A stretch of DNA of 64,000 nucleotides from Bdellovibrionales bacterium (lineage in GTDB: Bacteria; Bdellovibrionota; Bdellovibrionia; Bdellovibrionales; UBA1609). Where the stretch lies: the NCBI GenBank assembly GCA_965261545.1, contig CBDHDF010000004.1, positions 131,105-195,104 on the forward strand. Direction: 5' to 3'. The position numbers and the translations under genes are program-made. Every line of letters begins with the position of its first letter. Positions within the stretch are counted from its first letter, which is position 1. The notes under the pieces are model-generated. The model did not search any database. It worked only from the letters and a program-made list of their open reading frames with translations, and was not told where the DNA came from. Shown here in pieces: positions 30,335 to 40,809 of the stretch.

Positions 30335-31924
30335 TTGGAATTTATGCAACAAAGAGAACCTCATTCAAAGGCTTCAGCCACAGAGTTAAAACTTAGGGAA
30401 CTCGACCAAAAAACAGAGATTGCTTTTATGGGGGGGGGGGCGGCTCGCATTAAAAGGCAGAAGGAGGGGGGGCGCCTCACGGCTCGCGAGCGTCTTAAAG
30501 TTCTCCTGGATCCGGGCAGCTTCCATGAACTCGATCAATTTGTTTCCCATCGTTGTCAAAACTTTGGAATGGTCGACAAGAAAATTCCAGGAGACGGTGT
30601 CATCACCGGCCATGGCCAAATCAATGGCAAACACGTTTATGTTTATAGTCAAGACTTTACGGTCCATGGAGGCAGTATGTCTCGGACCCAAGCTAATAAA
30701 ATTCTCAAGGTTCAAGATTTAGCCATGAAAAATGGTCTTCCCATTATAGGGCTCAATGATTCGGGGGGGGCTCGTATTCAGGAGGGCGTTGAGGCCCTTG
30801 GTGGTTATGCCGATATTTTTTTAAAAAATACCCTATCGTCAGGTGTCGTCCCGCAAATTAGTGCCATTATGGGGCCATGTGCAGGTGGGGCTGTTTACAG
30901 CCCCAGCTTGACGGATTTTATCTTTATGGTTCAGGACACAAGCTATATGTTTGTTACAGGACCTGATGTGATTAAGACAGTGACCCATGAGGATGTGACG
31001 AAGGAGGAGTTGGGGGGGGCCCTCACTCATAATCAGAAGTCAGGAGTGGCTCATTTCGCTGCGGAAAATGACAAACACTGTCTTCTGCTCATTCGAGAAC
31101 TCCTCAGTTTCTTACCTGCCAACAATGTGGATGATCTTCCTGAGTTTTCATTCACAGATGATCCCGGCCGAAGGAGTGAACCTCTCAATAGGGTGGTTCC
31201 CGATAGTTCGAAAAAGCCCTACAATATCTTAGACATCATTAAAGAAACTGTGGACGAGGGTTATTTCTTAGAAGTTCAACAGTATTATGCTCAAAATATT
31301 GTGGTTGGTTTTGCTCGTTACTGCGGTAAGAGTGTGGGTATTGTGGCCAATCAACCCCAGGTTTTGGCGGGCTGTCTAAATATTGAAGCTAGTGTTAAGG
31401 CAGCAAGGTTTGTGAGGTTTTGTGATGCTTTTAATATTCCTATTGTATCCTTTGTCGATGTTCCTGGTTTTCTTCCGGGGACAGATCAGGAGTGGAATGG
31501 ATTGATTACTCACGGAGCAAAGCTTCTCTATGCTTACGCAGAGGCTACGGTTCCCAAGGTCACCATCGTCACACGCAAAGCTTATGGTGGAGCCTATGAC
31601 GTGATGTCTTCCAAACATTTAAGGGGGGACCTTAACTTCGCCTATCCCACGGCTGAGATTGCTGTGATGGGTGCTGAGGGGGCTGTCAATATTATCTTTA
31701 GAAAAGAGATACAAGAGGCAAAGGATAAGGAATCTGAAAGAAAGAGGCTTATTGAGAATTACGAAAAGCAGTTTGCCAATCCCTATGTGGCCGCAGAGTT
31801 GGGGTATATCGATGAAATTATTGAGCCTGCTGTGACAAGAAAGACTATTATTGATGCCTTGAAGGTGCTTGAGAATAAAAAAGATACCAACCCTCCTAAG
31901 AAACATGGCAATATTCCTCTATGA
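30335..31924 (+). CDS. pccB: Acyl-CoA (propionyl-CoA-type) carboxylase, carboxyltransferase beta subunit
   Basis: [29 protein letters not shown] and KKHGNIPL motifs. Confidence 0.9.
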   Translation: MEFMQQREPHSKASATELKLRELDQKTEIAFMGGGAARIKRQKEGGRLTARERLKVLLDPGSFHELDQFVSHRCQNFGMVDKKIPGDGVITGHGQINGKHVYVYSQDFTVHGGSMSRTQANKILKVQDLAMKNGLPIIGLNDSGGARIQEGVEALGGYADIFLKNTLSSGVVPQISAIMGPCAGGAVYSPSLTDFIFMVQDTSYMFVTGPDVIKTVTHEDVTKEELGGALTHNQKSGVAHFAAENDKHCLLLIRELLSFLPANNVDDLPEFSFTDDPGRRSEPLNRVVPDSSKKPYNILDIIKETVDEGYFLEVQQYYAQNIVVGFARYCGKSVGIVANQPQVLAGCLNIEASVKAARFVRFCDAFNIPIVSFVDVPGFLPGTDQEWNGLITHGAKLLYAYAEATVPKVTIVTRKAYGGAYDVMSSKHLRGDLNFAYPTAEIAVMGAEGAVNIIFRKEIQEAKDKESERKRLIENYEKQFANPYVAAELGYIDEIIEPAVTRKTIIDALKVLENKKDTNPPKKHGNIPL

Positions 31925-32052
31925 GGCGTTTGTGAGGTGTTCTCTATGAGGTGTATACCTCTATGAGATGTTATATCTCTATGCTCAAAATATTGTGGTT
32001 GGTTTTGTTCGTTGAGATGTTATATCTCTATGAGGTTAAAAGGTGCTAAATC

Positions 32053-33558
32053 GTGTTTAAAAAAGTACTTATTGCCAACCGAGGTGAGATTGCCATTCGA
32101 GTGATGCGTGCTTGTTGCGAGATGGATATTGCCACTGTGGCGGTTTATAGTGAGGCCGATCGAAATAGTTTGCATGTGATGCTCGCCAATGAAGCTTATC
32201 ACATTGGCCCAGCCTCCAGTGCTGAGTCTTATTTATGTATGGAAAATATCATCGCTGCCGCCAAGGAGGCTGGGGTTGACGCCATTCACCCTGGTTATGG
32301 ATTTTTAAGTGAGAATGCTAGTTTTGCCCGTGAACTTAAAAGAGAAGGGTTTGTTTTTATTGGGCCAACACCAGAAAACATTGAAGCCATGGGAGATAAA
32401 CTCGCCTCCCGTGAAATTATGAGGAAAGTAGGGGTTCCCATTGTGCCGGGAAGTCCTGGCCCCGTCATATCGCTCAAGGAGGCAGAGAGTCTTTCTAAGG
32501 AAATTGGCTTTCCTGTCATAATTAAGGCTTCAGCCGGGGGTGGCGGCAAAGGGATTCGTGTTGTCAAAGACCCCAAAGAGCTTGCCAGTGCCTTCCGATC
32601 TTGTAAGTCTGAGGGGCTCAATTATTTTAAAAACGACCAAGTTTTCATTGAGCGCTTTATTCAAAATCCAAAACATATTGAGATCCAAGTTTTTGGTGAT
32701 TCCCATGGAAATGCCGTTCATTTATTTGAAAGAGAGTGTTCCGTGCAACGCCGTCATCAAAAGCTTATTGAGGAGTCTCCCAGTATTTCCGTTCCCCGTG
32801 ATGTGCGCCAAGAAATGGGGAAGGTTGCGGTGGAAGCGATTCAAGCGATTCATTATGAGGGTGCTGGGACCATTGAGTTTATTTTTGATAATAAGACCAA
32901 AGAGTTTTTCTTTATGGAGATGAATACTCGACTTCAAGTTGAACACCCTGTTACGGAGATGGTCACAGGAATTGACCTTGTTAAAGAGCAGCTTCGTGTT
33001 GCTTATGGGGAAAAGCTTTCGTTCCGACAACAAGATATCATTCAGAAGGGTCACTCCATTGAGTTGAGAATTTGTGCCGAGGATCCTATTGACTTTACTC
33101 CCAGCCCAGGGGTGATTCGACGATGTCGCCAGCCTCAAGGACCCTTTATTCGCTTGGATGGATATGCCTACCCAGGTTATGAGGTACCTATTTATTACGA
33201 CCCCATGATTGCTAAGCTCATAGCTTGGGGGCCCACAAGGGAGGAGTGTATCAAGAGACTTCAAGCAGCGTTGGCTGATTTTACCCTAACGGGGGTGAAG
33301 AGCAACATTGTTCTTCACAAAAACATCTTATCCCATGAGAAATTCATAAATGGGTCTTATACAACACAATTTATTGAAAATGAGATTGCTGGTAAAGAGG
33401 AGCGTGAGTTATTTACCTATGTTGATGACGAGATCTTCCTTATATCAACAGCGATTGAGGCTTATAAGCATGGTCAGAGGGAAAATATGAATCAAACAAA
33501 CACCCCTAGCCGGTGGAAAAGCTCTGGACGCTTGCAGCAGTTGAGATCGAGACTCTAG
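32053..33558 (+). CDS. accC: Biotin carboxylase subunit
   Basis: IANRGEIA, HPGYGFLSEN, GGGGKG and EMNTRLQVEHPVTE motifs. Confidence 0.92.
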   Translation: MFKKVLIANRGEIAIRVMRACCEMDIATVAVYSEADRNSLHVMLANEAYHIGPASSAESYLCMENIIAAAKEAGVDAIHPGYGFLSENASFARELKREGFVFIGPTPENIEAMGDKLASREIMRKVGVPIVPGSPGPVISLKEAESLSKEIGFPVIIKASAGGGGKGIRVVKDPKELASAFRSCKSEGLNYFKNDQVFIERFIQNPKHIEIQVFGDSHGNAVHLFERECSVQRRHQKLIEESPSISVPRDVRQEMGKVAVEAIQAIHYEGAGTIEFIFDNKTKEFFFMEMNTRLQVEHPVTEMVTGIDLVKEQLRVAYGEKLSFRQQDIIQKGHSIELRICAEDPIDFTPSPGVIRRCRQPQGPFIRLDGYAYPGYEVPIYYDPMIAKLIAWGPTREECIKRLQAALADFTLTGVKSNIVLHKNILSHEKFINGSYTTQFIENEIAGKEERELFTYVDDEIFLISTAIEAYKHGQRENMNQTNTPSRWKSSGRLQQLRSRL

Positions 33559-34082
33559 TGTACTTTGAGGTAGAAACCAACGGTATCAGCTACGAAATGA
33601 CAGTTCAGGAGTCTCGACAGTATTGGCATATAGGCATTAAGAAAGAGGGTGCTGATTGGGTTTATCATAAGATTTCAAGATCTGATTACCAAGAGGTCAA
33701 TGAGACTATTAGTTTTATTTACAAGAAACGCTCCCACTGTGTGGATGTAGTGGGACAAGACACGAGTTATACGGTTTATACCCGTGGGTCCTATCGTAGC
33801 GTTAAGATTTACAATGATGAGATGCTTCTCCATGAGAGCCTTAAAAAAGGTGGATCCCTTGGTGTTGCGGATCATCTCACCTCAGGAATGCCTGGTAAGA
33901 TATCCAAAGTGATGGTGAAAAAAGGAGACTCTGTGGAAAAGGGAACTCCTCTTCTCATTATGGAGGCTATGAAAATGGAAAATGAGATCAGGGCGGATCG
34001 TAAGGCCGTTATCAAGGAAGTTCATGTGGAGGCCGGCCATAATGTAGAAGGAGGAACTCTTCTTATTAGTTTTGAATCATAA
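33558..34082 (+). CDS. Biotin carboxyl carrier protein
   Basis: MPGKI and EAMKMENE biotinylation motif; GTG start overlaps the upstream stop. Confidence 0.9.
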   Translation: MYFEVETNGISYEMTVQESRQYWHIGIKKEGADWVYHKISRSDYQEVNETISFIYKKRSHCVDVVGQDTSYTVYTRGSYRSVKIYNDEMLLHESLKKGGSLGVADHLTSGMPGKISKVMVKKGDSVEKGTPLLIMEAMKMENEIRADRKAVIKEVHVEAGHNVEGGTLLISFES

Positions 34083-34748
34083 TAGTTGAGTTTTGGCTCC
34101 AGCTTCTCTCTGGGAAGGTATTTCTGGGAAAGCTTCTTTACCTATGGCCTTATGAATGGCGTGGTGAACGTTTTCTTTGATGATTTCCTCTTCTTTTTTA
34201 TCTTTCTTATCTTCTCTTTGATTTTCCTCTTCTTTTAATTCTGGATGGAAAAACGTTTTTTGGCGAGGAGGTCTTTCTTGGTGGAGCAGGGGGTCGGGCA
34301 TGATCTGTCTTCCCTGCTCAAGAATGTTCATATGGGATTCTATAAGGGCGCGAAGGTTGTTTTCAAATTGCGTACGAATTTGTGTTAAGTCTTCAATTTC
34401 TCGATAAATACTTTCTAGATGACTTTTAGCTTCGTGCACAATAGAGTTGGCCTTTTGAGAAGCTTCATCGAGCATGCGGTTGGCTTCGTGCTTGGCATCC
34501 ATGTGGATACGGTCCGACATTTTTGTTGCTGTGGTGATTGTATTTTTAAGCAATTCATCTCTTTCTCGGTACTCGATAATGCTCAGTTCTTTTTCACGGA
34601 TGGATTCCCGTAGGGTATTTTTTTCGTCTATGAGTTGTTCAAACTCTTTGGAAGCTCTTCGTAAAAAATCTGTGACCTCTTCTTGATCGTAGCCCATCAT
34701 TTTGCGGCTAAAGGTCTTGTGAACGATATCGGTAGGTACGATTTTCAT
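34077..34748 (-). CDS. divIVA: DivIVA domain protein
   Basis: PTDIVHKTFSRKMMGYDQEEVTDFL followed by a coiled coil. Confidence 0.88.
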   Translation of the reverse strand: MKIVPTDIVHKTFSRKMMGYDQEEVTDFLRRASKEFEQLIDEKNTLRESIREKELSIIEYRERDELLKNTITTATKMSDRIHMDAKHEANRMLDEASQKANSIVHEAKSHLESIYREIEDLTQIRTQFENNLRALIESHMNILEQGRQIMPDPLLHQERPPRQKTFFHPELKEEENQREDKKDKKEEEIIKENVHHAIHKAIGKEAFPEIPSQREAGAKTQLL

Positions 34749-34901
34749 TTTTCCCTCCTTTAAGGGGCTAAGCTTCTTTTAAGGAGAGCCTAGTCACCTC
34801 AACCCCATTTATAGTATCTAGCTCTAAGTGGCGTGGCAACTTAATGATTATTTGGTTGTTTGATTTTTAATTATTTATGGTTATTTCAGGACTTTGTATG
34901 G

Positions 34902-35126
34902 TTATTTCAGGACCTTGATAGTGAGGGCGTGAATTTCGCCGCTTTTTAGTTCTTTGTCAAAAACAGACATAATGGCTTGGTGCTGAGCAATTCGATTCAT
35001 GGTATTCAACTGAGGTGTGGATATACGCACTTCATAGTGGTTTTCAGTTCCCGTAAGGTCGATAACAGCCACTTGGGCACTGGGGTAGGCTTGACGAAGT
35101 TGCTCTTCCATTTCCAAAGGGGTCAT
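34902..35126 (-). CDS. bolA: BolA family protein
   Basis: NHYEVRI..RIAQHQ..EIHALTI. Confidence 0.88.
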   Translation of the reverse strand: MTPLEMEEQLRQAYPSAQVAVIDLTGTENHYEVRISTPQLNTMNRIAQHQAIMSVFDKELKSGEIHALTIKVLK

Positions 35127-35269
35127 AGCCCATGTATAGTGGTGTTTTAGTTTGTGGCCAAGCCAATTTAATAACTTTGCGTGTCACTTTGGTGCATTCT
35201 TTGTAGGGCACGATGGGTGGTAACGGGGTTGGGTCGGGTGACCGACCCTTCTACCCAATTCTAACACTC

Positions 35270-37312
35270 TTAGATCATGTTGATGGGGTCGATTTCTATG
35301 AGAACATGAATGCTTGAGGGCCACCACTTTTGGTCACCGAGGATTTGTTTACAAAATTGCTGGAGAAGATGAGAGTGAGGAGATTTTACAAGGAAATGGT
35401 AGCGAAACTTATTGCGAATCTTTGAAATGGGGGCGGGAGCTGGCCCTAAGAAATTGATGGGTGCGTAGTTTGGGTGTCTTTTTACAAGTTTGTCTTTTCT
35501 GTAGCTTATCACCTGACAGATTTGTACGACCTTGCTTATATTTGTACCTTGCACGCGAATGGAAGCCAATTTTCCAAAGGGGGGATAGCCCATTTCTTGG
35601 CGTTGTTGCATTTCATCCGTGACAAAGGCGTGATAGTTGTTGGCCGTTGTGATGGCAGGGTGCTGGGGATTGTAGGTTTGAATGATGACTTCTCCTGGTG
35701 TTTCAGAGTGTCGGCCGGCGCGGCCACTGACTTGAGTAAAGAGTTGAAAGCTTCGTTCGTAGCTTCGGAAATCAGGCAAATTGAATCCCACATCGGCCAT
35801 GACCAGACCCACAAGGGTGAGCTTGGGAAAATCCAACCCCTTGGCAATCATTTGAGTGCCAACGAGAATATTTGTATGACCCGACTCCATGTTTTTTATC
35901 ATTTCTGCGAGGGATTCTTGGTCTTGTATTTCGTCACGGTCAGCACGGGTGATGTTGATTTTAGGAAAAAGTTTATGAAGATCTTTTTCAATTTTTTCGG
36001 TTCCTATTCCAAGAGGTTTGACATTGATGCTTTTGCATTGGGGACAAATTTCTGTAAAAGCCTGAGTGTAGTCGCAGTAGTGGCAAACAAGGTCTATTTT
36101 TTTGTGGAGTGTGAGACTAATGGCACAGTTGGGACACTCGTAAACATAACCACAAGAAGAGCAAAGTGTTATGGGGGCGATGCCACGTCGATTTAAAAAA
36201 AGAGCGACCTGTTCTTCTCGCTCCAAGGTTTTTGTAAGTTCTTGATAAAGGAGGACACTCATCCAAAAGGGAATATTATTTTTTTCTTTATACTCTTGAT
36301 GGTCATTGGTGGGCTTTTTTCTCATATCCACCACATGAATATGGGGCATTGGCCTTTGGGAAACCCGTGAATTCATGGAGTGGTAGCTGTATTTTTTGTC
36401 TTGGGCATTTTTCCATGTTTCTAAGCTAGGTGTTGCCGATCCCAAAATGATGGGGCAATTGGTGAGTTGAGCCCTTTTGATGGCGGCATCTCTTGCATGG
36501 TACATAAAGCGCTTGCCTTGCTTAAAGCTTGGCTCATGTTCCTCGTCGAGGACAATGATTCCCAAATCCTTGATGGGACAAAAGAGAGCAGAGCGAGCTC
36601 CGATAAGAATTTTCTTGTCACCGATCACCATGCTCCACCACTGATTGGTTTTTTCCCTAGGGCGCAGGTTGGAGTGAATCACGGCGATTTGTTCGGGAAA
36701 ACGTGCTGAAAAACGCTCAATGAGTTGCATGGTCAATGATATTTCTGGAACAATGACCAGTCCTCTTTTTCCCTGGGAAAGAGTTTTTTCGAGAAGGTTT
36801 AAATAGACCTCGGTTTTACCTGATCCTGTGACGCCATGGAGAAGGTGAACTCTAAAGTGCAAATTCTTAGATATATCCTCAACGCATTTTTGTTGTTCTT
36901 CTGTGTAAGTAGGGGGTTTTGAAGGTGGGAGGCTGGGTATAATAGAGTTTTTCTCGATTTTCTTTTTTCTTGTCTTTTTGGGGAGGGGAGGAAAGGCGAG
37001 TTCTGTAACAAGGCCAATGGGGTACAAATAGTAACTAGAAAGCCACTCCAGCCATTGAAGAAAAATCTCAGAAAGGGGGGGGCGATCTTCGTGGGGTTCC
37101 TCCACAGGTTTGATGACAAAATCTCCATGAACTTCATGGGTGGTTCCCAGAACGACGCCATGAGCCCTCCTTGTTCCCAGGGGAACCCATAGGGAAACTC
37201 CCCTTGGATGAGTGATCTTACTGGAATACACCAAAGGTTGGGGGAGGGGACAATGGACAGCCATTTTTAGATAGGGTTTTTGTTCGTTCGTATGATTTGT
37301 ATGAGAGGTCAT
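35270..37312 (-). CDS. priA: Primosomal protein N'
   Basis: GVTGSGKTEVY, DEEH, Zn-finger CxxC pairs and QVSGRAGR. Confidence 0.95.
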   Translation of the reverse strand: MTSHTNHTNEQKPYLKMAVHCPLPQPLVYSSKITHPRGVSLWVPLGTRRAHGVVLGTTHEVHGDFVIKPVEEPHEDRPPLSEIFLQWLEWLSSYYLYPIGLVTELAFPPLPKKTRKKKIEKNSIIPSLPPSKPPTYTEEQQKCVEDISKNLHFRVHLLHGVTGSGKTEVYLNLLEKTLSQGKRGLVIVPEISLTMQLIERFSARFPEQIAVIHSNLRPREKTNQWWSMVIGDKKILIGARSALFCPIKDLGIIVLDEEHEPSFKQGKRFMYHARDAAIKRAQLTNCPIILGSATPSLETWKNAQDKKYSYHSMNSRVSQRPMPHIHVVDMRKKPTNDHQEYKEKNNIPFWMSVLLYQELTKTLEREEQVALFLNRRGIAPITLCSSCGYVYECPNCAISLTLHKKIDLVCHYCDYTQAFTEICPQCKSINVKPLGIGTEKIEKDLHKLFPKINITRADRDEIQDQESLAEMIKNMESGHTNILVGTQMIAKGLDFPKLTLVGLVMADVGFNLPDFRSYERSFQLFTQVSGRAGRHSETPGEVIIQTYNPQHPAITTANNYHAFVTDEMQQRQEMGYPPFGKLASIRVQGTNISKVVQICQVISYRKDKLVKRHPNYAPINFLGPAPAPISKIRNKFRYHFLVKSPHSHLLQQFCKQILGDQKWWPSSIHVLIEIDPINMI

Positions 37313-37353
37313 TTTTTATCTTATGTCTTGTTTTTTTGTATTGATCTTTTGTC

Positions 37354-38310
37354 TTATCTTAACTGATTGTAAAAGCTATTAATTAAATCATCGTGAGTCC
37401 AGCTCAAGGCTCTTTTCTTGAGATTTATAGGGGTGGGTTCCATTTGGCGATTCAAATCTCGTTGGTTCTTTAGAGGTGTGACCTTTACAAGTTTTATTTC
37501 AATGTGATGATTGTTCCATTTGATAGTGCGATGGGAGGGGAGCCAGAGTCCTCGATCGAACTTTTTGTATTTTCTTGCAGAAACTTGAGTTTGTGATAAG
37601 AGCCTGAGGCGTAGCACATGAAATTGATCTTGTTGTATCCAGAGGCCAGATTGTGAAGACGGCGGAGAAGTGTTTTGGAGTTTAAGGTGAATCCCATAGG
37701 CCAAATGTCCCCCCACCCGAGAGAGTCTTACAAAGTCTCGATGTGCTTCTTGGCCCTCTTGCTTTAGGGAATCTTTTGATTTTTCGGGGAGAAGAGCTTC
37801 GGGGGAAATCATTTTTTGGATAATTAAAAGAGGGCGAATGGTTGAGGTTGTTCGAAAGTGGAAGTAGGGTTCGATCCAGTGGTGACTCCAAGGCTTTGAT
37901 ATCACAGAGCTACTTAATGTCATGGGGTTACTTGGTGTTTTAGCTTTCGGTGTTTTAGACCTCAATGAATTTGAAATCTTAGAATCTGAAGCCTTAGAGC
38001 CAGAGGGATCTAGGTAGTGTTTCTTGTGATTTTTATAGATAAAATATAAGTGAAGTGGTGTTGCTAAACCTTGCTTGCTCACCACCTTTAAGGACATACT
38101 TTGATCGCCTCCGATGGTCCATATTTCGCGAACCACTTGAGGATAATTTTTGTGAAAGAAGGTGACATCTTGTTCTATGCGATAGAAGCCTTGTCCGTGA
38201 TTTTTGGTGGTTCGGTAGAGAACTGTGTTTAATTTAAGGGTGTAAGATAAACTGGGCAAACCCATGACTAGAATGCAAAGAGAAAGAAGTGTTGGAATAA
38301 GAAATTTCAT
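37354..38310 (-). CDS. Secreted hypothetical protein
   Basis: Signal peptide; long ORF whose start overlaps the ruvB stop. Confidence 0.65.
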   Translation of the reverse strand: MKFLIPTLLSLCILVMGLPSLSYTLKLNTVLYRTTKNHGQGFYRIEQDVTFFHKNYPQVVREIWTIGGDQSMSLKVVSKQGLATPLHLYFIYKNHKKHYLDPSGSKASDSKISNSLRSKTPKAKTPSNPMTLSSSVISKPWSHHWIEPYFHFRTTSTIRPLLIIQKMISPEALLPEKSKDSLKQEGQEAHRDFVRLSRVGGHLAYGIHLKLQNTSPPSSQSGLWIQQDQFHVLRLRLLSQTQVSARKYKKFDRGLWLPSHRTIKWNNHHIEIKLVKVTPLKNQRDLNRQMEPTPINLKKRALSWTHDDLINSFYNQLR

Positions 38311-39452
38311 AGGATTCCTTTATCTTTATTTGTATCAGACTCATGTGTTTGTGTTTGACCTTCAGATTTTATCTTCTTTGTTTCAATATGTTTTTGAGCC
38401 AGAGGGGTAATGATTCTTCCCCGAGGAGTTTTTTGCAAAAGTCCCTCTTGAATGAGAAAGGGTTCATAAACTTCTTCAATGGTGTCGGATTCTTCACAGA
38501 GAATCGCTGACAAGGTATCAATGCCCACGGGACCATTGTTAAAATTGTGGTGAATGATTTCTAATATCCTACGGTCCATTTTATCAAGGCCCCATAGGTC
38601 CACCTCTAGCTCGCTAAGGGCATATTGGGCAATTTTCTCATCAATCACACCACGACCTTCGACCTGAGCGTAATCTCTCACTCGTTTGAGAAGGCGTTGG
38701 GCAATTCGAGGGGTCCCACGGCTTCGGCTTGCGATTTCCGTGGATCCATCGGCGGTGATTTCTATACCAAGCAAGCCACTGGCTCGGGAAATAATTTGTT
38801 TTAAAGCTTTTTTTTCATAAAAAGACAGTCTTTCTACAATGCCAAATCGATCGCGAAAGGGAGCCTTCAGAAGGCCCGCACGCGTCGTAGCCCCAATAAG
38901 AGTAAAGGGGGCTAATTGAAAGCGCATGGACCTAGCTCCGAGACCTTCTCCCGTGACGAGATCTAAATAAAAGTCTTCCATGGCGCTGTAGAGATACTCT
39001 TCCACATCATTGCTTAAGCGATGAATTTCATCGATAAAAAAGACAGTGCCTGGTTTGAGGTTTGTTAAAATCGCAGCCAAATCACCTTTGCGGTGGAGGG
39101 CCGGCCCCGAAGTCGATCGAAACTCAGTTCCTAGGTCGGTGGCAATGATGTGGGCGAGGGTGGTTTTTCCAAGCCCTGGGGGGCCACATAAAAGACAGTG
39201 ATCCAAGGGTTCTTCACGCTTTTTGGCTGCATCCACAAAAACCTGTAGCTTTTTTTTCACTTGGTCTTGGCCAGGAAACTCCGAAAAGCAGGTCGGGCGA
39301 AGCCGGACCTCTTGGGGGTGGTCTTTGTTCTCTTCGCCTTCTATGGCTTGAGGTTCTACAGTTCTAGGTTCTGCTCTAGGTTCTGCGGTTCTCGGTTTTA
39401 TAGTTTCAGGCTCTACGGTTTTAGGTTCTACAGTTCGCTCCAATTCTTTCAT
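38307..39452 (-). CDS. ruvB: Holliday junction branch migration helicase RuvB
   Basis: LRP, GPPGLGKTT, FIDEIHRL, GATTRAG and SRGTPRIA motifs; repetitive N-terminal extension. Confidence 0.96.
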   Translation of the reverse strand: MKELERTVEPKTVEPETIKPRTAEPRAEPRTVEPQAIEGEENKDHPQEVRLRPTCFSEFPGQDQVKKKLQVFVDAAKKREEPLDHCLLCGPPGLGKTTLAHIIATDLGTEFRSTSGPALHRKGDLAAILTNLKPGTVFFIDEIHRLSNDVEEYLYSAMEDFYLDLVTGEGLGARSMRFQLAPFTLIGATTRAGLLKAPFRDRFGIVERLSFYEKKALKQIISRASGLLGIEITADGSTEIASRSRGTPRIAQRLLKRVRDYAQVEGRGVIDEKIAQYALSELEVDLWGLDKMDRRILEIIHHNFNNGPVGIDTLSAILCEESDTIEEVYEPFLIQEGLLQKTPRGRIITPLAQKHIETKKIKSEGQTQTHESDTNKDKGIL

Positions 39453-39491
39453 CTCCTCATTTACATTTATACGAAATTTATACGAATGCTC

Positions 39492-40082
39492 CTATGAAAG
39501 GGGGCGAGTCGTTGGGCTTGGGTTGGTGAGGGTGGCGAGTCCCAAGCGAATTCCTTCTTGGATACTAATATCATCCGCCATTTTTCTAACAATAGGGTCG
39601 ACGTCATTTATACGAAAGCCCAAGTGAACAAGAGCTGAGGTGATTTCATGGTGGCCACTGACCTTGGTTTCAATCACTGGGTCCCCTGTGATTTGGCCCT
39701 TGAGGGAGAGTACAATTTGTTCAGCTTTTTTCTTTCCCACTTTGGGAAGCAGCATGAGGGCTTTGATATCTGCGGTTTCAATCATTTCGGCAATGCGTTC
39801 GGTGGTGGCTCCCGACAAGATTCCAATGGCCATCTTTGGGCCGACACCGTTGACTTTAATCAATGACAAAAAAAGCTTTTTCTCCATAAGGGAGGCAAAG
39901 CCAAACAGATGAATGATCTCTGGGCGCACATGGGTATAGGCGAAAATGGAAACCTCCTTCTGCTCTGTCAGGGAATCCAGTGTACCTTGAGAGCAAAATA
40001 GTTCATAGCCTACGCCCTTGACATCAATGATGCAGCTTTCGTGGTTTTTTGAAATGGGGTTTCCTCTCAAGTAGCTAATCAC
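39492..40082 (-). CDS. ruvA: Holliday junction branch migration protein RuvA
   Basis: GTG start VISYLRG; GVGYE, LFGF and VNGVGPKMA motifs. Confidence 0.93.
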   Translation of the reverse strand: MISYLRGNPISKNHESCIIDVKGVGYELFCSQGTLDSLTEQKEVSIFAYTHVRPEIIHLFGFASLMEKKLFLSLIKVNGVGPKMAIGILSGATTERIAEMIETADIKALMLLPKVGKKKAEQIVLSLKGQITGDPVIETKVSGHHEITSALVHLGFRINDVDPIVRKMADDISIQEGIRLGLATLTNPSPTTRPLS

Positions 40083-40719
40083 CTTGGGGCTCCTTGAGTT
40101 GGGTCGCTGGGTTGTCGGGTCTTGGGCCATTGTGCCGTTGAGCCTCGGGTCGCTTTTTGTTTGCGGTTCTTGTTGCGCTGCTTGTGGTTGTTGTTGCACT
40201 GTTTGCGGCCTTTGTATGTATTGTTTGTTGAGCGAGTATGGTCTTTGTTTGGTCGACATACATATGGGTGAGTGCAAGGGCCAGGGCATCGCTGGCATCT
40301 TCTCTCAATGTTTCTTGAATACCAAGGGTTTCTCTGACAATCAATTGGACATGTTCTTTGGAGGCTCCTCCATAACCTGTAATGGCTTTCTTGACTGTGC
40401 GTGCTGCATATTCTTTAAATATCTTTTGGGCTTGTGCTACCTGGGCCAAGCAAACGCCTCGAACATGGCCTAACTTAAAGGCACTGTCGGCATTTTTTCC
40501 AAAGAAAATCTTTTCAACGACAACGCAGTGGGGTGGGTGGGATACAAGAAGCTCCCGGAGAGCTTCTTGTAAATAGGCTAATTTCTTAGGGAAACTTAGA
40601 TTACGGGGTATATCAATGACCCCACTGGCAATAGCTTGAAGCTCTCTTTCAACTTGGATGACTCCAAAGCCTGTTTTATGGCTACCTGGGTCTAGGCCCA
40701 TAATCATTTTCATACACAC
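40075..40719 (-). CDS. ruvC: Crossover junction endodeoxyribonuclease RuvC
   Basis: GLDPG..TGFG, VEKIFF, KKAITGYGGASK and DASDALALA motifs. Confidence 0.94.
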   Translation of the reverse strand: MCMKMIMGLDPGSHKTGFGVIQVERELQAIASGVIDIPRNLSFPKKLAYLQEALRELLVSHPPHCVVVEKIFFGKNADSAFKLGHVRGVCLAQVAQAQKIFKEYAARTVKKAITGYGGASKEHVQLIVRETLGIQETLREDASDALALALTHMYVDQTKTILAQQTIHTKAANSATTTTSSATRTANKKRPEAQRHNGPRPDNPATQLKEPQGD

Positions 40720-40809
40720 CCCTTGAACTGCTTAACTAATAGCATTAAACTACAAACAAAACTATTTTTTCAAGCACATTCGAGCAAGGAAGCAGGCCGG
40801 CGAATCATT

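Noticed and set aside
31965..32032. Bona fide CRISPR array
   Set aside because: There are only two 19-bp repeats, no leader or cas genes, and the junction microhomology suggests a templated insertion. Kept as a finding, not as CRISPR.
40083..40298. N-terminal extension of RuvA in the ORF track
   Set aside because: It overlaps ruvC; RuvA homology begins at GTG 40082.
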